Below, piece by piece: positions 1 through 9,552 of a stretch of DNA of 64,000 nt; within the stretch, counting starts at the first letter, position 1, and each line of letters begins with the position of its first letter. The position numbers and the translations under genes were made by a program. The notes beneath the pieces were generated by a model, which saw only the letters and a program-made list of their open reading frames with translations, was not told the origin of the DNA and did not search any database. This DNA comes from a virus: positions 3,499 through 67,498 of IMG/VR virus record IMGVR_UViG_3300043444_000196. One strand, written 5' to 3'.

Positions 1-76
1 TGAATTTGAATAAGTCGAATTACATGTTGTTCACTGACCTTGAACAACTGAAACAAACCAACCCCAAGAGAACGAT

Positions 77-298
77 ATGAACAACGAGCTGTGGGGTATC
101 GCAGGTAAGGGGAAATGGCGATATACCCGCCACGAACCTAACACCTACCGATGGGACGAAGCACTCATTACATGCACCGCCGCGCAAGAATGGCACCTAT
201 TCATTAACCGCCACCACGTAGGCACGTTCAACTCATGGGAAGAAGCACGAGACGCCACGCCCATGATGATCTCACTTCACGGATACCAAGGACTCTAA
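77..298 (+). CDS. Small early hypothetical protein
   Basis: 73-aa ATG ORF, closely followed by the next gene. Confidence 0.6.
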   Translation: MNNELWGIAGKGKWRYTRHEPNTYRWDEALITCTAAQEWHLFINRHHVGTFNSWEEARDATPMMISLHGYQGL

Positions 299-300
299 TC

Positions 301-999
301 ATGACACCGTACACCAAACTCAAATTCCACCTCGAACGTCACGCCTACAAGAAAGGCCAGTTCATGGGTGACGCCCCTGCCGATCAAACCAAGCGCGGCA
401 AGAATCATTTCCGTGTGCACAAGCGCGGCGACAACATGTGCGTGAGGATGTATAACACCGACCTAATCACAGTCACCCCAGACAATCGCGTCACCATCAG
501 CATGGGCGGGTGGTGGACGAGCACAACGAAAGCCAACCTCAACGAAGCCATGACGCACTTCCTCGGGTGGGGTGGTGTGGCCAGCCGCAAGCTGTTCAAT
601 ATGTCGCAGCATGTTATGCGTGCCAAGGGTAAGAGCTACCTGTTCTATGACGGCATGGAGTTCGACGCAGAGGGAACACTACTATCACCTGCGCGGTTCT
701 TTGAGCGCAAGCAAACCGACCGAGACCAAACCGCAGAGTTTCGCAAAGACATGGAAGACTGCGGGTTCAAAGAAGTGTGGCCTGTGCTGTTCGGCGTGGC
801 CGAGCCAAAGCGAAGCGTGTGGTTCCACGCTTCGCTGCGCAAAATCGTGACCGAAGAGCACAACGCCAACCAATGGGCTGAGCTTGCATCACGCATGAAA
901 GCCTACCACGACGACCACAAAGCAGCCTACCAAGCCATCGTGCGCCAATGCACACGAGAGATGACCGAGGTCATCAAGACCAACGTAACCGTGCTGTAA
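301..999 (+). CDS. Early hypothetical protein
   Basis: Long ORF; ATG at 301 (MTPYTK) follows the stop at 298. Confidence 0.8.
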   Translation: MTPYTKLKFHLERHAYKKGQFMGDAPADQTKRGKNHFRVHKRGDNMCVRMYNTDLITVTPDNRVTISMGGWWTSTTKANLNEAMTHFLGWGGVASRKLFNMSQHVMRAKGKSYLFYDGMEFDAEGTLLSPARFFERKQTDRDQTAEFRKDMEDCGFKEVWPVLFGVAEPKRSVWFHASLRKIVTEEHNANQWAELASRMKAYHDDHKAAYQAIVRQCTREMTEVIKTNVTVL

Positions 1000-1034
1000 G
1001 CGTGGGTATCTAAGATTAGACAAGGAGTAAACAA

Positions 1035-1274
1035 ATGAGCAAACTCGAAATGGTCAAGCTGACCTATGAAGAAAAGCAAGCCCTGCCTGTGATACGCAAG
1101 CTGTTGAAACGCAACCCCGACGCAGCCTACCTACTCATGGATGGCATGGCCAAAGAAATCGCAGTCAATGTGCTGCTGCAAGTCAAAGCCGAACTCAACG
1201 GAATGATGGCCGTGAGCCGTGCGATGAGCACAGCCGCTGGGGAACTGGCGAAGCTGGACAAAGCCGAAGTCTAA
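1035..1274 (+). CDS. Hypothetical protein
   Basis: AAGGAG RBS; its TAA stop lies inside the palindrome at 1270. Confidence 0.8.
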   Translation: MSKLEMVKLTYEEKQALPVIRKLLKRNPDAAYLLMDGMAKEIAVNVLLQVKAELNGMMAVSRAMSTAAGELAKLDKAEV

Positions 1275-1283
1275 GCTTAGACC

Positions 1284-1320
1284 GTAGCGTGTAGGGTAGC
1301 GAGTCTGCCCTATGCGGTGC
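1284..1320 (+). promoter_or_regulatory. G-U-rich RNA hairpin upstream of the AAA gene
   Basis: CGTGTAGGGTAG (1288-1299) pairs with CTGCCCTATGCG (1305-1316) using three G-U pairs. Confidence 0.5.
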
Positions 1321-1358
1321 GATGCACCAATTCAATCAATCCAAACTAAGGAAACACC

Positions 1359-2420
1359 ATGAAAGTAACTCTCGCCCAAGCCTCTACCCTGATTCGCAAC
1401 GTCGGTACATCCAATACCCTCTTGTTGCGCGGTCAACCCGGTATTGGCAAGTCATCCATCCTCGGCGATCTGCAACGTGAGCTGCCCGATTATCAAGTGT
1501 GCTACATCGACGTGGCCAACCTTGATCTGGGCGACCTCGGCATGCCTGTGATCGACAAGGAAAGCATGACGACCAGCTACGCACCCAACACTCGATTCGG
1601 TGTTGGCAAGAACTCCAACAAGCCTGTCGTGCTGATGCTCGACGAGCTGGGCAAGGCCAGCCGCCCTGTGCTGAACATGCTGCTGCCTGTGATTCTTGAG
1701 CATCGTATCGGTGACGTGCCGCTGCCTACTGGCTCGATCGTGTTCGGTACGACTAACCTCGACACCGACGGTGTGGGTGACAACATCCCAGCCCATGCGT
1801 TCAACCGTATGACTGTGGTGACCGTGGCCAACCCGACTGCTGACGAGTGGCTGCAATGGGCGAGCAACAACGACGTGGCTCCCGAGATCATGGCGTTCGC
1901 CAAGCAATTCCCCCAAGTGTTTGATTGCTACGCTGACCTCGACAAGAAAGAGAAGAACCCCTACATCTTCAACCCCATGACCGGCAACATTCGTGCGTTC
2001 TGTTCGCCGCGTTCACTGGCCAAGGCCAGCAACCTGATCGCTCAGCGTGATGTGCTCGGCGCTGCGATGCTGCCAGCTCTTGCCGGTACCGTAGGCGAAG
2101 CTGCTGCCCGTGACATGGAAGCCCTTGTCAATCTGGCTGACCAACTGCCGCTGTTCGAGAACATCGTGCAAGCCCCGGGCAAGACCAAGGTTCCTTCGAG
2201 TGTCGGCGCCCTGTTCATCCTTGCCTTCATGCTGGCAAGCCGTGTGGATGCAGACACGCTCGATGCAGTGATGGAATACGCTGAGCGTATGGGCGAGCAA
2301 TCATTCGAGGCGCACGCACTGTTCATCACATCCTTGGCAACCAACAAGTCCAAGGTAGGCATGGCCTGTCGCAATCGTAAGTTCACCAGCGCAGCCGCCA
2401 AGCTGGGCAAGTACTTCTAA
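1359..2420 (+). CDS. MoxR-like AAA+ ATPase
   Basis: Walker A GQPGIGKS, Walker B LMLDE, DLGDLGMP, TTN sensor, FNRM arginine finger, SPRS motif. Confidence 0.9.
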   Translation: MKVTLAQASTLIRNVGTSNTLLLRGQPGIGKSSILGDLQRELPDYQVCYIDVANLDLGDLGMPVIDKESMTTSYAPNTRFGVGKNSNKPVVLMLDELGKASRPVLNMLLPVILEHRIGDVPLPTGSIVFGTTNLDTDGVGDNIPAHAFNRMTVVTVANPTADEWLQWASNNDVAPEIMAFAKQFPQVFDCYADLDKKEKNPYIFNPMTGNIRAFCSPRSLAKASNLIAQRDVLGAAMLPALAGTVGEAAARDMEALVNLADQLPLFENIVQAPGKTKVPSSVGALFILAFMLASRVDADTLDAVMEYAERMGEQSFEAHALFITSLATNKSKVGMACRNRKFTSAAAKLGKYF

Positions 2421-2638
2421 TGCGCTCGGGGTACATGTACATGATGCCCCTTGATAGCGGCCTGTACGCCCTATGCCCGACGCGACTTTGGTATGCGCCG
2501 TGGCTGTGGAATGTATACGCCTATCAAATCAACGGGCTGTACGTAGACGACCGACAACCAATCGCGTCTAAGGTTAGACGCGACGAAGCCTACGGCCTCA
2601 TGAAAATACTTGGGGCTCTCAACTTGGATTGGAGATGA
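2420..2638 (+). CDS. Hypothetical protein
   Basis: TAATG coupling to the AAA gene. Confidence 0.55.
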   Translation: MRSGYMYMMPLDSGLYALCPTRLWYAPWLWNVYAYQINGLYVDDRQPIASKVRRDEAYGLMKILGALNLDWR

Positions 2639-2639
2639 A

Positions 2640-2882
2640 ATGAAAAACGTTGATATAACTGGTTTTGTCCTGTACCTTGCCATCGGCATCGCCGCCACAT
2701 ACATGATGCCCGGCGAGACCACCACGGAGCAGACGATTGCGTATGGTGTGGCGCTTGCCCTGCTGCTTATCATTGACCTTCGCTCGTACCGACAGGGACT
2801 CAAGCGAGGCAGTGAGATCGCCAACGAAGTACTGCGCGACCTGTGCGAGACAAAGAAGATCAAGGTGGTGCGCGATGTCTAA
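2640..2882 (+). CDS. Small membrane protein (2 TM)
   Basis: GGAG RBS; two hydrophobic stretches. Confidence 0.7.
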   Translation: MKNVDITGFVLYLAIGIAATYMMPGETTTEQTIAYGVALALLLIIDLRSYRQGLKRGSEIANEVLRDLCETKKIKVVRDV

Positions 2883-3042
2883 GACCTACACACTCGATGA
2901 GATCAACGGCGCACTGGAAGACCTCGCACTGATGATGGCTGACTGCGACGAAGCGCACCTGATTGTGCTCAGTTCCATGTACGCCAAGGCGTACACCATC
3001 AAGCTGCAACTGATGAAGGAGAAACCCCATGCTAGTCATTGA
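2875..3042 (+). CDS. Hypothetical protein (MSKTYTL)
   Basis: GGTGG RBS; overlaps the previous stop. Confidence 0.6.
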   Translation: MSKTYTLDEINGALEDLALMMADCDEAHLIVLSSMYAKAYTIKLQLMKEKPHASH

Positions 3043-3199
3043 ACACCAATCAAACGGCACGCGTATCGTCAAGATGCGCAAGGACTGGCACCCCGGCATG
3101 ATGAGCAAAGCATACATGCCCCGCCAGAAGAACTATGTGGAGGGCACGAACATGGAGCGCCTGCAACGTGCCCTGCTGGCAACAGGAGGTAGGAAATGA
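3029..3199 (+). CDS. Small hypothetical protein (MLVIEHQ, 56 aa; not in ORF track)
   Basis: AAGGAG RBS, open frame to TGA, ATGA overlap with the next gene. Confidence 0.65.
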   Translation: MLVIEHQSNGTRIVKMRKDWHPGMMSKAYMPRQKNYVEGTNMERLQRALLATGGRK

Positions 3200-3516
3200 G
3201 AGGGTTCGTACCGCAAATAGCTGCGTCTCTGCGTGAAGATGAAACGTGGACGTATGACGCGCACTACGCAAAGAACGAGAAGCTCGGCGTATCAGTGTGG
3301 ATAGCCAATGGGTTTTGGTTTGTCCACCTTTTATGGTGTGCGGAGTGGCGCTCGTATGGAGCGTGGGGTACCGAGGCGAAAGTCGAGCTATCGCTGCGTG
3401 AGAAGTTCACTATCTGGCGAGCATTCAAAGCCCTGCGTAGAAACAAGGTGCAACGGCGTAACGCCAAGTTGTTGGAGTCCATCATCCAACGACGACTGAA
3501 CGGAGCAACAAAATGA
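3196..3516 (+). CDS. Hypothetical protein
   Basis: GGAGG RBS; ATGA overlaps on both sides. Confidence 0.7.
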   Translation: MRGFVPQIAASLREDETWTYDAHYAKNEKLGVSVWIANGFWFVHLLWCAEWRSYGAWGTEAKVELSLREKFTIWRAFKALRRNKVQRRNAKLLESIIQRRLNGATK

Positions 3517-4085
3517 GCGCATTTGAAACGGCTCGGGACATTCGTATGCCGGGGGTTGTGCTTGACCGTGTGTACATCGACCCATCGCTACTCACGCCAC
3601 GCATGAAGAACGCGGTCAAGAAGATGTTGCGTGAAGGTTATGCAAAGGGTGGGTGGTCAAGCAAGGCTCGCCAGTTGGCGGTCAAGATTGCTGCGGCTCG
3701 TGACCTGCATGTGGTCGACTCGAACCTGTGGGGGTTTTGTGTGCCACCGTTCAACACGTACGGCCCCAAGCAAGTCAAGGAGGCCCTCGAACTGATCGAC
3801 GCTGCGCAACTCATCGAGTTGATGGAGGATGCGTCGAGGTTTACAGAGCCCTCGTACGTTACGACCCAACAAAACCGCACTCGTAGTCGGTATGACAACT
3901 ACAAGTTCATCGTTACGCACAACTGTGATCGACGCTGGATAGGGCGTTGTTCCAACAAAGAGCTCACGCAGCAAATAGCAGACGTGTTCATTTCATGCCG
4001 CACCCCTGCGCTGATCGAGAGAGCAGAGAAAGTCTGCGACATGCTCGACAACAACGAGCACATCCAAATCCGCATTTCATACTGA
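3513..4085 (+). CDS. Hypothetical protein
   Basis: 190-aa ORF with GGAG RBS. Confidence 0.75.
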   Translation: MSAFETARDIRMPGVVLDRVYIDPSLLTPRMKNAVKKMLREGYAKGGWSSKARQLAVKIAAARDLHVVDSNLWGFCVPPFNTYGPKQVKEALELIDAAQLIELMEDASRFTEPSYVTTQQNRTRSRYDNYKFIVTHNCDRRWIGRCSNKELTQQIADVFISCRTPALIERAEKVCDMLDNNEHIQIRISY

Positions 4086-4120
4086 CCATCTAATCTTAGA
4101 CAACACCGAAAGGAAACACC

Positions 4121-5299
4121 ATGCAAGTAGCTGACCGTATCAAGAAAGCGCACATCTCGATCATGCAGCACAAGAAGTTCTGTGCGTTCTCAGGCATCCT
4201 AGCCTGTGGCAAGGTCACGGTGAGTGACGTCGTGCCGACCGCTGCAACCGACGGCTGGAACGTCGTGTACAACCCCACGTTCGTCGAAGCGAACATGCCC
4301 ACTGACCCCGAGCTGCGATTCCTCGTACTGCACGAGGCAACACACAAAGCCTATCGTCACATGGTGACGTGGCGCAAGCTGCACGAGGAAAACGCCATGC
4401 TGGCCAACGTAGCAGCCGACCACTTCGTTAACCTGCACCTGCAAGATACGGACGCTGGCGAAGGCTTTATCAAGATGCCCAAGCTCGGCATCCAACCCGA
4501 CCCCAAGTACCGTGGCTGGTCGGTAGCCATGATCTACCAAGACCTCAAGAAACAACTGGAGCAACAACAGCAGCAGCCCCAAAGTGGCGACGGCGAGGGT
4601 ATGGACGAGCATGACTGGAATGGCAACGAAGCCAACGGCGACGCGGCCAAGGAACAAGCGCAAGCCGACGAAATCCAACGTGCTATCCGCCAAGGCGAGA
4701 TCATGCGCAAGAAGATGGCAGGCAAGGGCGCAGGCAATGAGGACGGTGTGTTCGGTGACCTCATGGCCCCCAAGATCGACTGGCGCAAGCTGCTGCGTGA
4801 GTTCGTGACCGAGTACTGCGCAGGCCGTGATGAGTCATCGTGGCGCAAACCCAACCGTAGGTACCTGAGCCAAGACATCTACATGCCCACTATGGTCGGC
4901 ACTACTATCACCCGCTTGGTTGTCGGTATCGACACGTCGGGTTCGGTGTTCAATTCCCCTGAGATGGATCAGTTTGCATCTGAGCTGCGCAAGATTGTGG
5001 AAGACGTGCACCCGCAGCTGATCGACGTTGTGTATTGGGACACGGAAGTGGCCGGGCACCAGACGTTCGAGGACGGCCAGTTTGCAATCCAGAACCTCAA
5101 ACCAAAAGGCGGTGGCGGCACCGACGGCAGCGTACTGTTCAAGTACCTGCGCGAGAAGAATATCAAGCCTGACGCCATCGTGCAGTTGACCGACGGTTAT
5201 GTGGGTGACTGGGGCAGCACGGACATTCCGACGCTGTGGGGTATCACAACCAACGGCATCTCGGCGCCGTTCGGTACATCAGTACACATCGAGGTGTGA
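4121..5299 (+). CDS. Zn-metallopeptidase plus vWA domain protein (DUF2201-like)
   Basis: TAATDG, HEATH (HExxH), IDW, MIDAS DTSGS, GGGGTD, LTDG. Confidence 0.9.
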   Translation: MQVADRIKKAHISIMQHKKFCAFSGILACGKVTVSDVVPTAATDGWNVVYNPTFVEANMPTDPELRFLVLHEATHKAYRHMVTWRKLHEENAMLANVAADHFVNLHLQDTDAGEGFIKMPKLGIQPDPKYRGWSVAMIYQDLKKQLEQQQQQPQSGDGEGMDEHDWNGNEANGDAAKEQAQADEIQRAIRQGEIMRKKMAGKGAGNEDGVFGDLMAPKIDWRKLLREFVTEYCAGRDESSWRKPNRRYLSQDIYMPTMVGTTITRLVVGIDTSGSVFNSPEMDQFASELRKIVEDVHPQLIDVVYWDTEVAGHQTFEDGQFAIQNLKPKGGGGTDGSVLFKYLREKNIKPDAIVQLTDGYVGDWGSTDIPTLWGITTNGISAPFGTSVHIEV

Positions 5300-5300
5300 C

Positions 5301-5600
5301 ATGAAATTTACTTGGAAGAAGTACAGCGAGCACGACGACCAGCCTGAAGATATTGATCTGTATCTAACCTTAGATGACGGACGTTGCGGGCTGGTGGCGT
5401 TTGTTCGCCCGGTTTACGCAGAGCGTTTGAACTTCGCCCCTGAATACCGCGACAAATGGCTTGCACGCAGCATGTTGGGGGACTTCGTCGACGAGAACAA
5501 ACCGCTGAAAAGTAAACGTGCAGCCATGCTCAAGTGCCGCAGGGAATTTCCCGTGCTGTGGATTGGCGCCGACCCGGAGAAACGCGATGAACTCTTCTAA
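5301..5600 (+). CDS. Hypothetical protein
   Basis: GAGGTG RBS; ATG at 5301. Confidence 0.65.
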   Translation: MKFTWKKYSEHDDQPEDIDLYLTLDDGRCGLVAFVRPVYAERLNFAPEYRDKWLARSMLGDFVDENKPLKSKRAAMLKCRREFPVLWIGADPEKRDELF

Positions 5601-5724
5601 ATACAAAGGCCCGGCCAAGCCGGTGCGTACGTGGCACAGGCCACTGATTGACTACATCGAGCCGATCGTAGTGACGCTCGCACTCGTAGTTGTTTTGCTT
5701 GATATGTTTGTCTGGAGACCGTGA
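5587..5724 (+). CDS. Small membrane protein (C-terminal TM ending WRP)
   Basis: GGAG RBS; hydrophobic C-terminus. Confidence 0.55.
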   Translation: MNSSKYKGPAKPVRTWHRPLIDYIEPIVVTLALVVVLLDMFVWRP

Positions 5725-6044
5725 TGCTGAAGAAATTGATTGACCGCCTTGTTGAGGCTTCGCTCCAACGTGCGGCACACCGCGAGAAGATTAAACGCCT
5801 CACGGAAGATGCCCCGCAGCAGCCGTTGCTGCGGAGTACAAATCTGTCGGTGGATGGCCCCCCAACGGGCCGAGTGCGCCAGTTCACTGTGCACGATGCC
5901 ATGAACGGCACGTACATCGAGTTTGCCAAGCGCAAATACAACCCGAACGGCCCCGACGAATACGCACGGGAGATTTACCTCGTGCAGCCGGGCGAAGCCT
6001 TGATTGATGCAATCAGCACTGTGCTGGTACTGATGGAGAAATGA
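5721..6044 (+). CDS. Hypothetical protein
   Basis: GGAG RBS; overlap with the previous stop. Confidence 0.7.
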   Translation: MMLKKLIDRLVEASLQRAAHREKIKRLTEDAPQQPLLRSTNLSVDGPPTGRVRQFTVHDAMNGTYIEFAKRKYNPNGPDEYAREIYLVQPGEALIDAISTVLVLMEK

Positions 6045-6045
6045 C

Positions 6046-6450
6046 ATGGGATACAGAAGCGATGTAGTAGCGCTGATCTACCCGGACATGACACACGACG
6101 GGGACGATAGCGTGGCAAAGTACGAACAACTCAAGACGCTGATGAACACGAGATTCAAGCAGTTGGTGGACGATTTTGGCTCGTGCATGGAGTGGATAGA
6201 CGTGGACCAAGTACTCAAGTTCGACATCAAGGACATCAACTGGTACTCAACCGCCTCGGGCGTCATTCGGTTTGAGGACATGCTCGCTACGCTCAACGGC
6301 GACCCTAACGACGGTGATGACGTCATAGGCGGGTATTGCACAGAGTTCGTTCGGGTTGGCGAAGAATCCACTGACGTAGTTCAAGATCACGTCGGCAATA
6401 ACGTGCAGTTCTACCTGAACGTGAGCCACAGCATAGATTGCAACGTATGA
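6046..6450 (+). CDS. Acidic hypothetical protein (MGYRSDV...FVRVGEE)
   Basis: GGAG RBS; 134-aa ORF. Confidence 0.75.
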   Translation: MGYRSDVVALIYPDMTHDGDDSVAKYEQLKTLMNTRFKQLVDDFGSCMEWIDVDQVLKFDIKDINWYSTASGVIRFEDMLATLNGDPNDGDDVIGGYCTEFVRVGEESTDVVQDHVGNNVQFYLNVSHSIDCNV

Positions 6451-6764
6451 GCCATCTAAGCTTAGACGACTTCGAGTGGGTGGAGGCAGGCTTCGACAAC
6501 TGGAGCCTTATGCACAAGACCCGCAACTTCACGATTGCACTCATCAACAACTTCAACGGGTGGCATGTGCAGGTTCTCTTTGATGCGAGCCAGAAAGCCC
6601 CCCTCCACGTCGATTCACTCGACGCAGCCAAAGCATTGGCGCAAATGACAGCAGCACCAAACATGGAGCAATATCATGAGTACATGCGTTCGCGAGCTTA
6701 CAGCCGCAGAATTAAAAAAGACGGACCGCCGTCGTTTCGATCGCGAGTATTCCAAGTGGACTGA
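6447..6764 (+). CDS. Hypothetical protein
   Basis: ATGA overlap with the previous gene. Confidence 0.6.
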   Translation: MSHLSLDDFEWVEAGFDNWSLMHKTRNFTIALINNFNGWHVQVLFDASQKAPLHVDSLDAAKALAQMTAAPNMEQYHEYMRSRAYSRRIKKDGPPSFRSRVFQVD

Positions 6765-7329
6765 GTGGCAGTGGGAAGACAGCTGGTACATCGAGGACAC
6801 CCACGAGCGGTTCAAAGAAAAGTACCGACCCAAAGGGTTCGAGATTGAGCGACTGCACTACCGTCTCGCGTACAGCCAAGGCGACTACGCATCCTTCAGT
6901 GGACGTGTATTCCTTGCTGAGTGGATGGATGCTACGCTGACCTGCAAGGACGGCCCGACTTATGCCGAGCGTTACCCAGCCCTGTACATAGCGTGCAGTG
7001 AGGACGGTAGCTACATGAACATCACGGGCGAGGACGATCGACGTGGCTGGCGTGTGGACTTCCAAGAGGGTTGGTACCACGTAGGCCCATCGGGCATCTT
7101 TGCGGGGATGGAAGATGAGGACTGGGAGGAGCTCGTTACCGAGCAGGCCCAAGAGGTAGACCTCGAAGCGGAGATCATCGCGTACTGCCAGCGTATCGGC
7201 AGGGAAATCTACGACGAGCTGCGGGATTCGTATGAACATGCAACGAGTGAAGAGTCGTTTATCGAGTCTTGTGAGGCGAATGACGTTACGTTTGAAATTG
7301 AGGAGAGCCAAGATGAAGTTTGTTGTTAA
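6676..7329 (+). CDS. Acidic SQGD-motif protein resembling a family carried by mobile elements
   Basis: YSQGDYASFSG and IYDELRDSYEHATSEE..ANDVTF motifs; very D/E-rich; family resemblance from memory. Confidence 0.65.
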   Translation: MSTCVRELTAAELKKTDRRRFDREYSKWTEWQWEDSWYIEDTHERFKEKYRPKGFEIERLHYRLAYSQGDYASFSGRVFLAEWMDATLTCKDGPTYAERYPALYIACSEDGSYMNITGEDDRRGWRVDFQEGWYHVGPSGIFAGMEDEDWEELVTEQAQEVDLEAEIIAYCQRIGREIYDELRDSYEHATSEESFIESCEANDVTFEIEESQDEVCC

Positions 7330-7570
7330 GGTCAATGACCGCAAGTGCCTGCTGTCTGCCATGCAGATCGAGCAGCTGTGTGAACTCCTGCATGGCACGG
7401 AGTACTACAACGAGAAGTACGTGGGTACCGACAAGGGCACCATAGGCTCCAGCCTGTCGTACGTACCCGTCATCGAGCAAAACAACGTGGACGAGTGGTT
7501 TGATGCCAAGGTCATGCGCAGTGACTACATCGACACCATCAAGCTCACAATGAAATTGGAAAAGACATGA
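7313..7570 (+). CDS. Hypothetical protein
   Basis: GAGGAG RBS. Confidence 0.7.
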   Translation: MKFVVKVNDRKCLLSAMQIEQLCELLHGTEYYNEKYVGTDKGTIGSSLSYVPVIEQNNVDEWFDAKVMRSDYIDTIKLTMKLEKT

Positions 7571-7917
7571 GCGGTCTAACCTTAGCTCGTCTGAAGGCGT
7601 GGCTGGCAGACGAGGGAAATTACGCACGGGAGAAGGTTGTATTCGACTCCCCACTCCCGAACTTGTACAACGATATGGGGTACACCGTCATCCGCAAGCG
7701 GTTCATCACCCGCAACGGCTACGAAATATCCATCCAACAGTCCGGCACTCATTACTGCCGCGACGAGAACGAAGTGGAACTGTGGTACTGCCCGCCCAGC
7801 CCACTGCTCTTGGCCTACGGTGGCGGGGACGATGATCCGTACGCCTACGTCCCGCTTGAAGTTGTAGCGGGCTACATCGACTCACTTGAATCTTTACCCC
7901 CAAAGGAAACACCATGA
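7567..7917 (+). CDS. Hypothetical protein
   Basis: ATGA overlaps on both sides. Confidence 0.65.
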   Translation: MSGLTLARLKAWLADEGNYAREKVVFDSPLPNLYNDMGYTVIRKRFITRNGYEISIQQSGTHYCRDENEVELWYCPPSPLLLAYGGGDDDPYAYVPLEVVAGYIDSLESLPPKETP

Positions 7918-8855
7918 ACTACATGACTGAAACCAAACCCGACACCGTCGCTGGCGTCGCACGAGCTGCCATGCTCGTTGACCTCAACATCGCGATCTAC
8001 TCAGGCCGCAAACAAGACAAGCACACGCAAAGCGAAGTGACCGCAGCCAAGGGCAGCGCGTCCAAGAAAGCCGCGTCCGTGTACAAGAACCTGTTCGCTG
8101 AGTGCAAAGAGCTCGACGCCATCACCAAGTTCCAAGCCCGTGCGCGGGCCGAACACTACCGCCTGACGATGCCTTGGAATGACCAAGGCGCACGACTGCT
8201 GCCCACTGCGGCACTGCTGGACTACCAAAAGACGATGGGCCGATACCAGTCCGAGTTCCAATTGCTGGTCGATGCGTTCCTTGATAAGTACGACACCCTC
8301 GTGGCATCCGCAGCGTTCCAGCTCGGCACGTTGTTTGACCGTGATGAGTATCCGTCCCGTGTGCAGGTGGCCCGACGCTTCCGTATGGACGTGGCCTTCA
8401 CGCCGCTGCCTACCGCAGGGGACTTCCGACTGGACATTGAGAGCGAAGTGCAGCGTGAGCTGGTGCAGCAGTACGAGCGCCGCCTTGAGGCACAAGTGTC
8501 GCAGGCTACGCAAGATGCGTGGGATCGTCTCTACAAGGCACTATCACGCATGTCCGACCGGCTCGTTGTTGAGGAGGACGGCAAGAAACGCGTGTTCCAT
8601 GATTCCCTTGTGACAAATGCACAAGAGCTGTGCGAGTTGCTCACTGTGATGAACATCACCAACGACCCCAAACTGGAGTCAGCACGTCGTCAGCTTGAGG
8701 GCGTATTGTCCGGTGTAACCCCGAAAGAATTGCGAGAAGAAGATGGGACACGAATCCAAACCAAACAAAAGGTCGACGCGATACTGGCAGCGTTTGATTG
8801 GGGCTTCGATGGCGAATGTACCGACAACGGCACCACCAATAACGCTACGGAATGA
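7914..8855 (+). CDS. DUF3150-like protein
   Basis: N-terminal LVDLNIAIYSGRK resembles DUF3150; helical; co-occurs with AAA and vWA genes. Confidence 0.6.
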   Translation: MNYMTETKPDTVAGVARAAMLVDLNIAIYSGRKQDKHTQSEVTAAKGSASKKAASVYKNLFAECKELDAITKFQARARAEHYRLTMPWNDQGARLLPTAALLDYQKTMGRYQSEFQLLVDAFLDKYDTLVASAAFQLGTLFDRDEYPSRVQVARRFRMDVAFTPLPTAGDFRLDIESEVQRELVQQYERRLEAQVSQATQDAWDRLYKALSRMSDRLVVEEDGKKRVFHDSLVTNAQELCELLTVMNITNDPKLESARRQLEGVLSGVTPKELREEDGTRIQTKQKVDAILAAFDWGFDGECTDNGTTNNATE

Positions 8856-9204
8856 CGCGGGCACTGCCTCGTGGAATCGGATTAACGCGTACCTCGCAGA
8901 TCGCAAAGCCATGGGCATCGGGGCCAGCCTTGGAGCCATTCACTACATCGACCAAATGACCGACGACCACGAATTTAGATACGAGCAACGCGGTGACGAG
9001 TACACCCTGCGAAGCTGGCACAACGGCATCGAGAAGTCCCATCGTGGATTCATCGACAACACACCGGGATGGCTACGTGACATTCTGGTTACGGCTAAGG
9101 TAGCCGGAGCAATCCGGCCTATCCTAACGCCCCCGCCAGAGGTCATCCTCTGGTTCCGAACCGACGACTCCCACAACCTCACTGAATTTATCGAGATGCA
9201 ATGA
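8809..9204 (+). CDS. Hypothetical protein
   Basis: Open frame filling the gap between neighbours. Confidence 0.6.
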   Translation: MANVPTTAPPITLRNDAGTASWNRINAYLADRKAMGIGASLGAIHYIDQMTDDHEFRYEQRGDEYTLRSWHNGIEKSHRGFIDNTPGWLRDILVTAKVAGAIRPILTPPPEVILWFRTDDSHNLTEFIEMQ

Positions 9205-9380
9205 ACTACGACAACCTCACTGACCAAGAACTACTGCGTGTGGCCGATGGCCAAGCAGGCTTAATCAAGGCTCTGGCTGAACGGCTGGAGATGCGCCGCA
9301 GGGACTTGGAAGACTTGGGTGCGTACAAGGTGCGCCCCCACACACCTCCCGAAAACCCAGACCAACTCAAACTCTTCTAA
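9201..9380 (+). CDS. Small hypothetical protein (MNYDNLTDQELLR, 59 aa)
   Basis: ATGA overlap; its TAA lies inside the palindrome at 9376. Confidence 0.65.
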   Translation: MNYDNLTDQELLRVADGQAGLIKALAERLEMRRRDLEDLGAYKVRPHTPPENPDQLKLF

Positions 9381-9389
9381 GCTTAGATC

Positions 9390-9527
9390 ATGAAAGTTTT
9401 AGCTGGAATCACCGCACTGATGTCGGCGTTTAGCATGGGGTTCGCTTTGTGGGACCACAACTCCGTGTTGGCGCTATCGGACTTCAACGCAATGGTGTGG
9501 GCTGTGCTGTACATGACACACGACTAA
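9390..9527 (+). CDS. Small hydrophobic protein (45 aa)
   Basis: ATG right after the palindrome; no clear RBS. Confidence 0.4.
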   Translation: MKVLAGITALMSAFSMGFALWDHNSVLALSDFNAMVWAVLYMTHD

Positions 9528-9552
9528 CAACCGAAGTAACTGGAGAAACAAA

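Noticed and set aside
1270-1281. Palindrome explained as restriction or cloning sites (HindIII AAGCTT, DdeI CTNAG)
   Set aside because: Half of the exact copies lack AAGCTT while the outer arms stay fixed, and several lie in frame within intact genes
1009-9387. CRISPR array made of the palindromes
   Set aside because: Units are 12 bp, mostly kilobases apart and often intragenic; the Cas4-like gene is an ordinary phage nuclease
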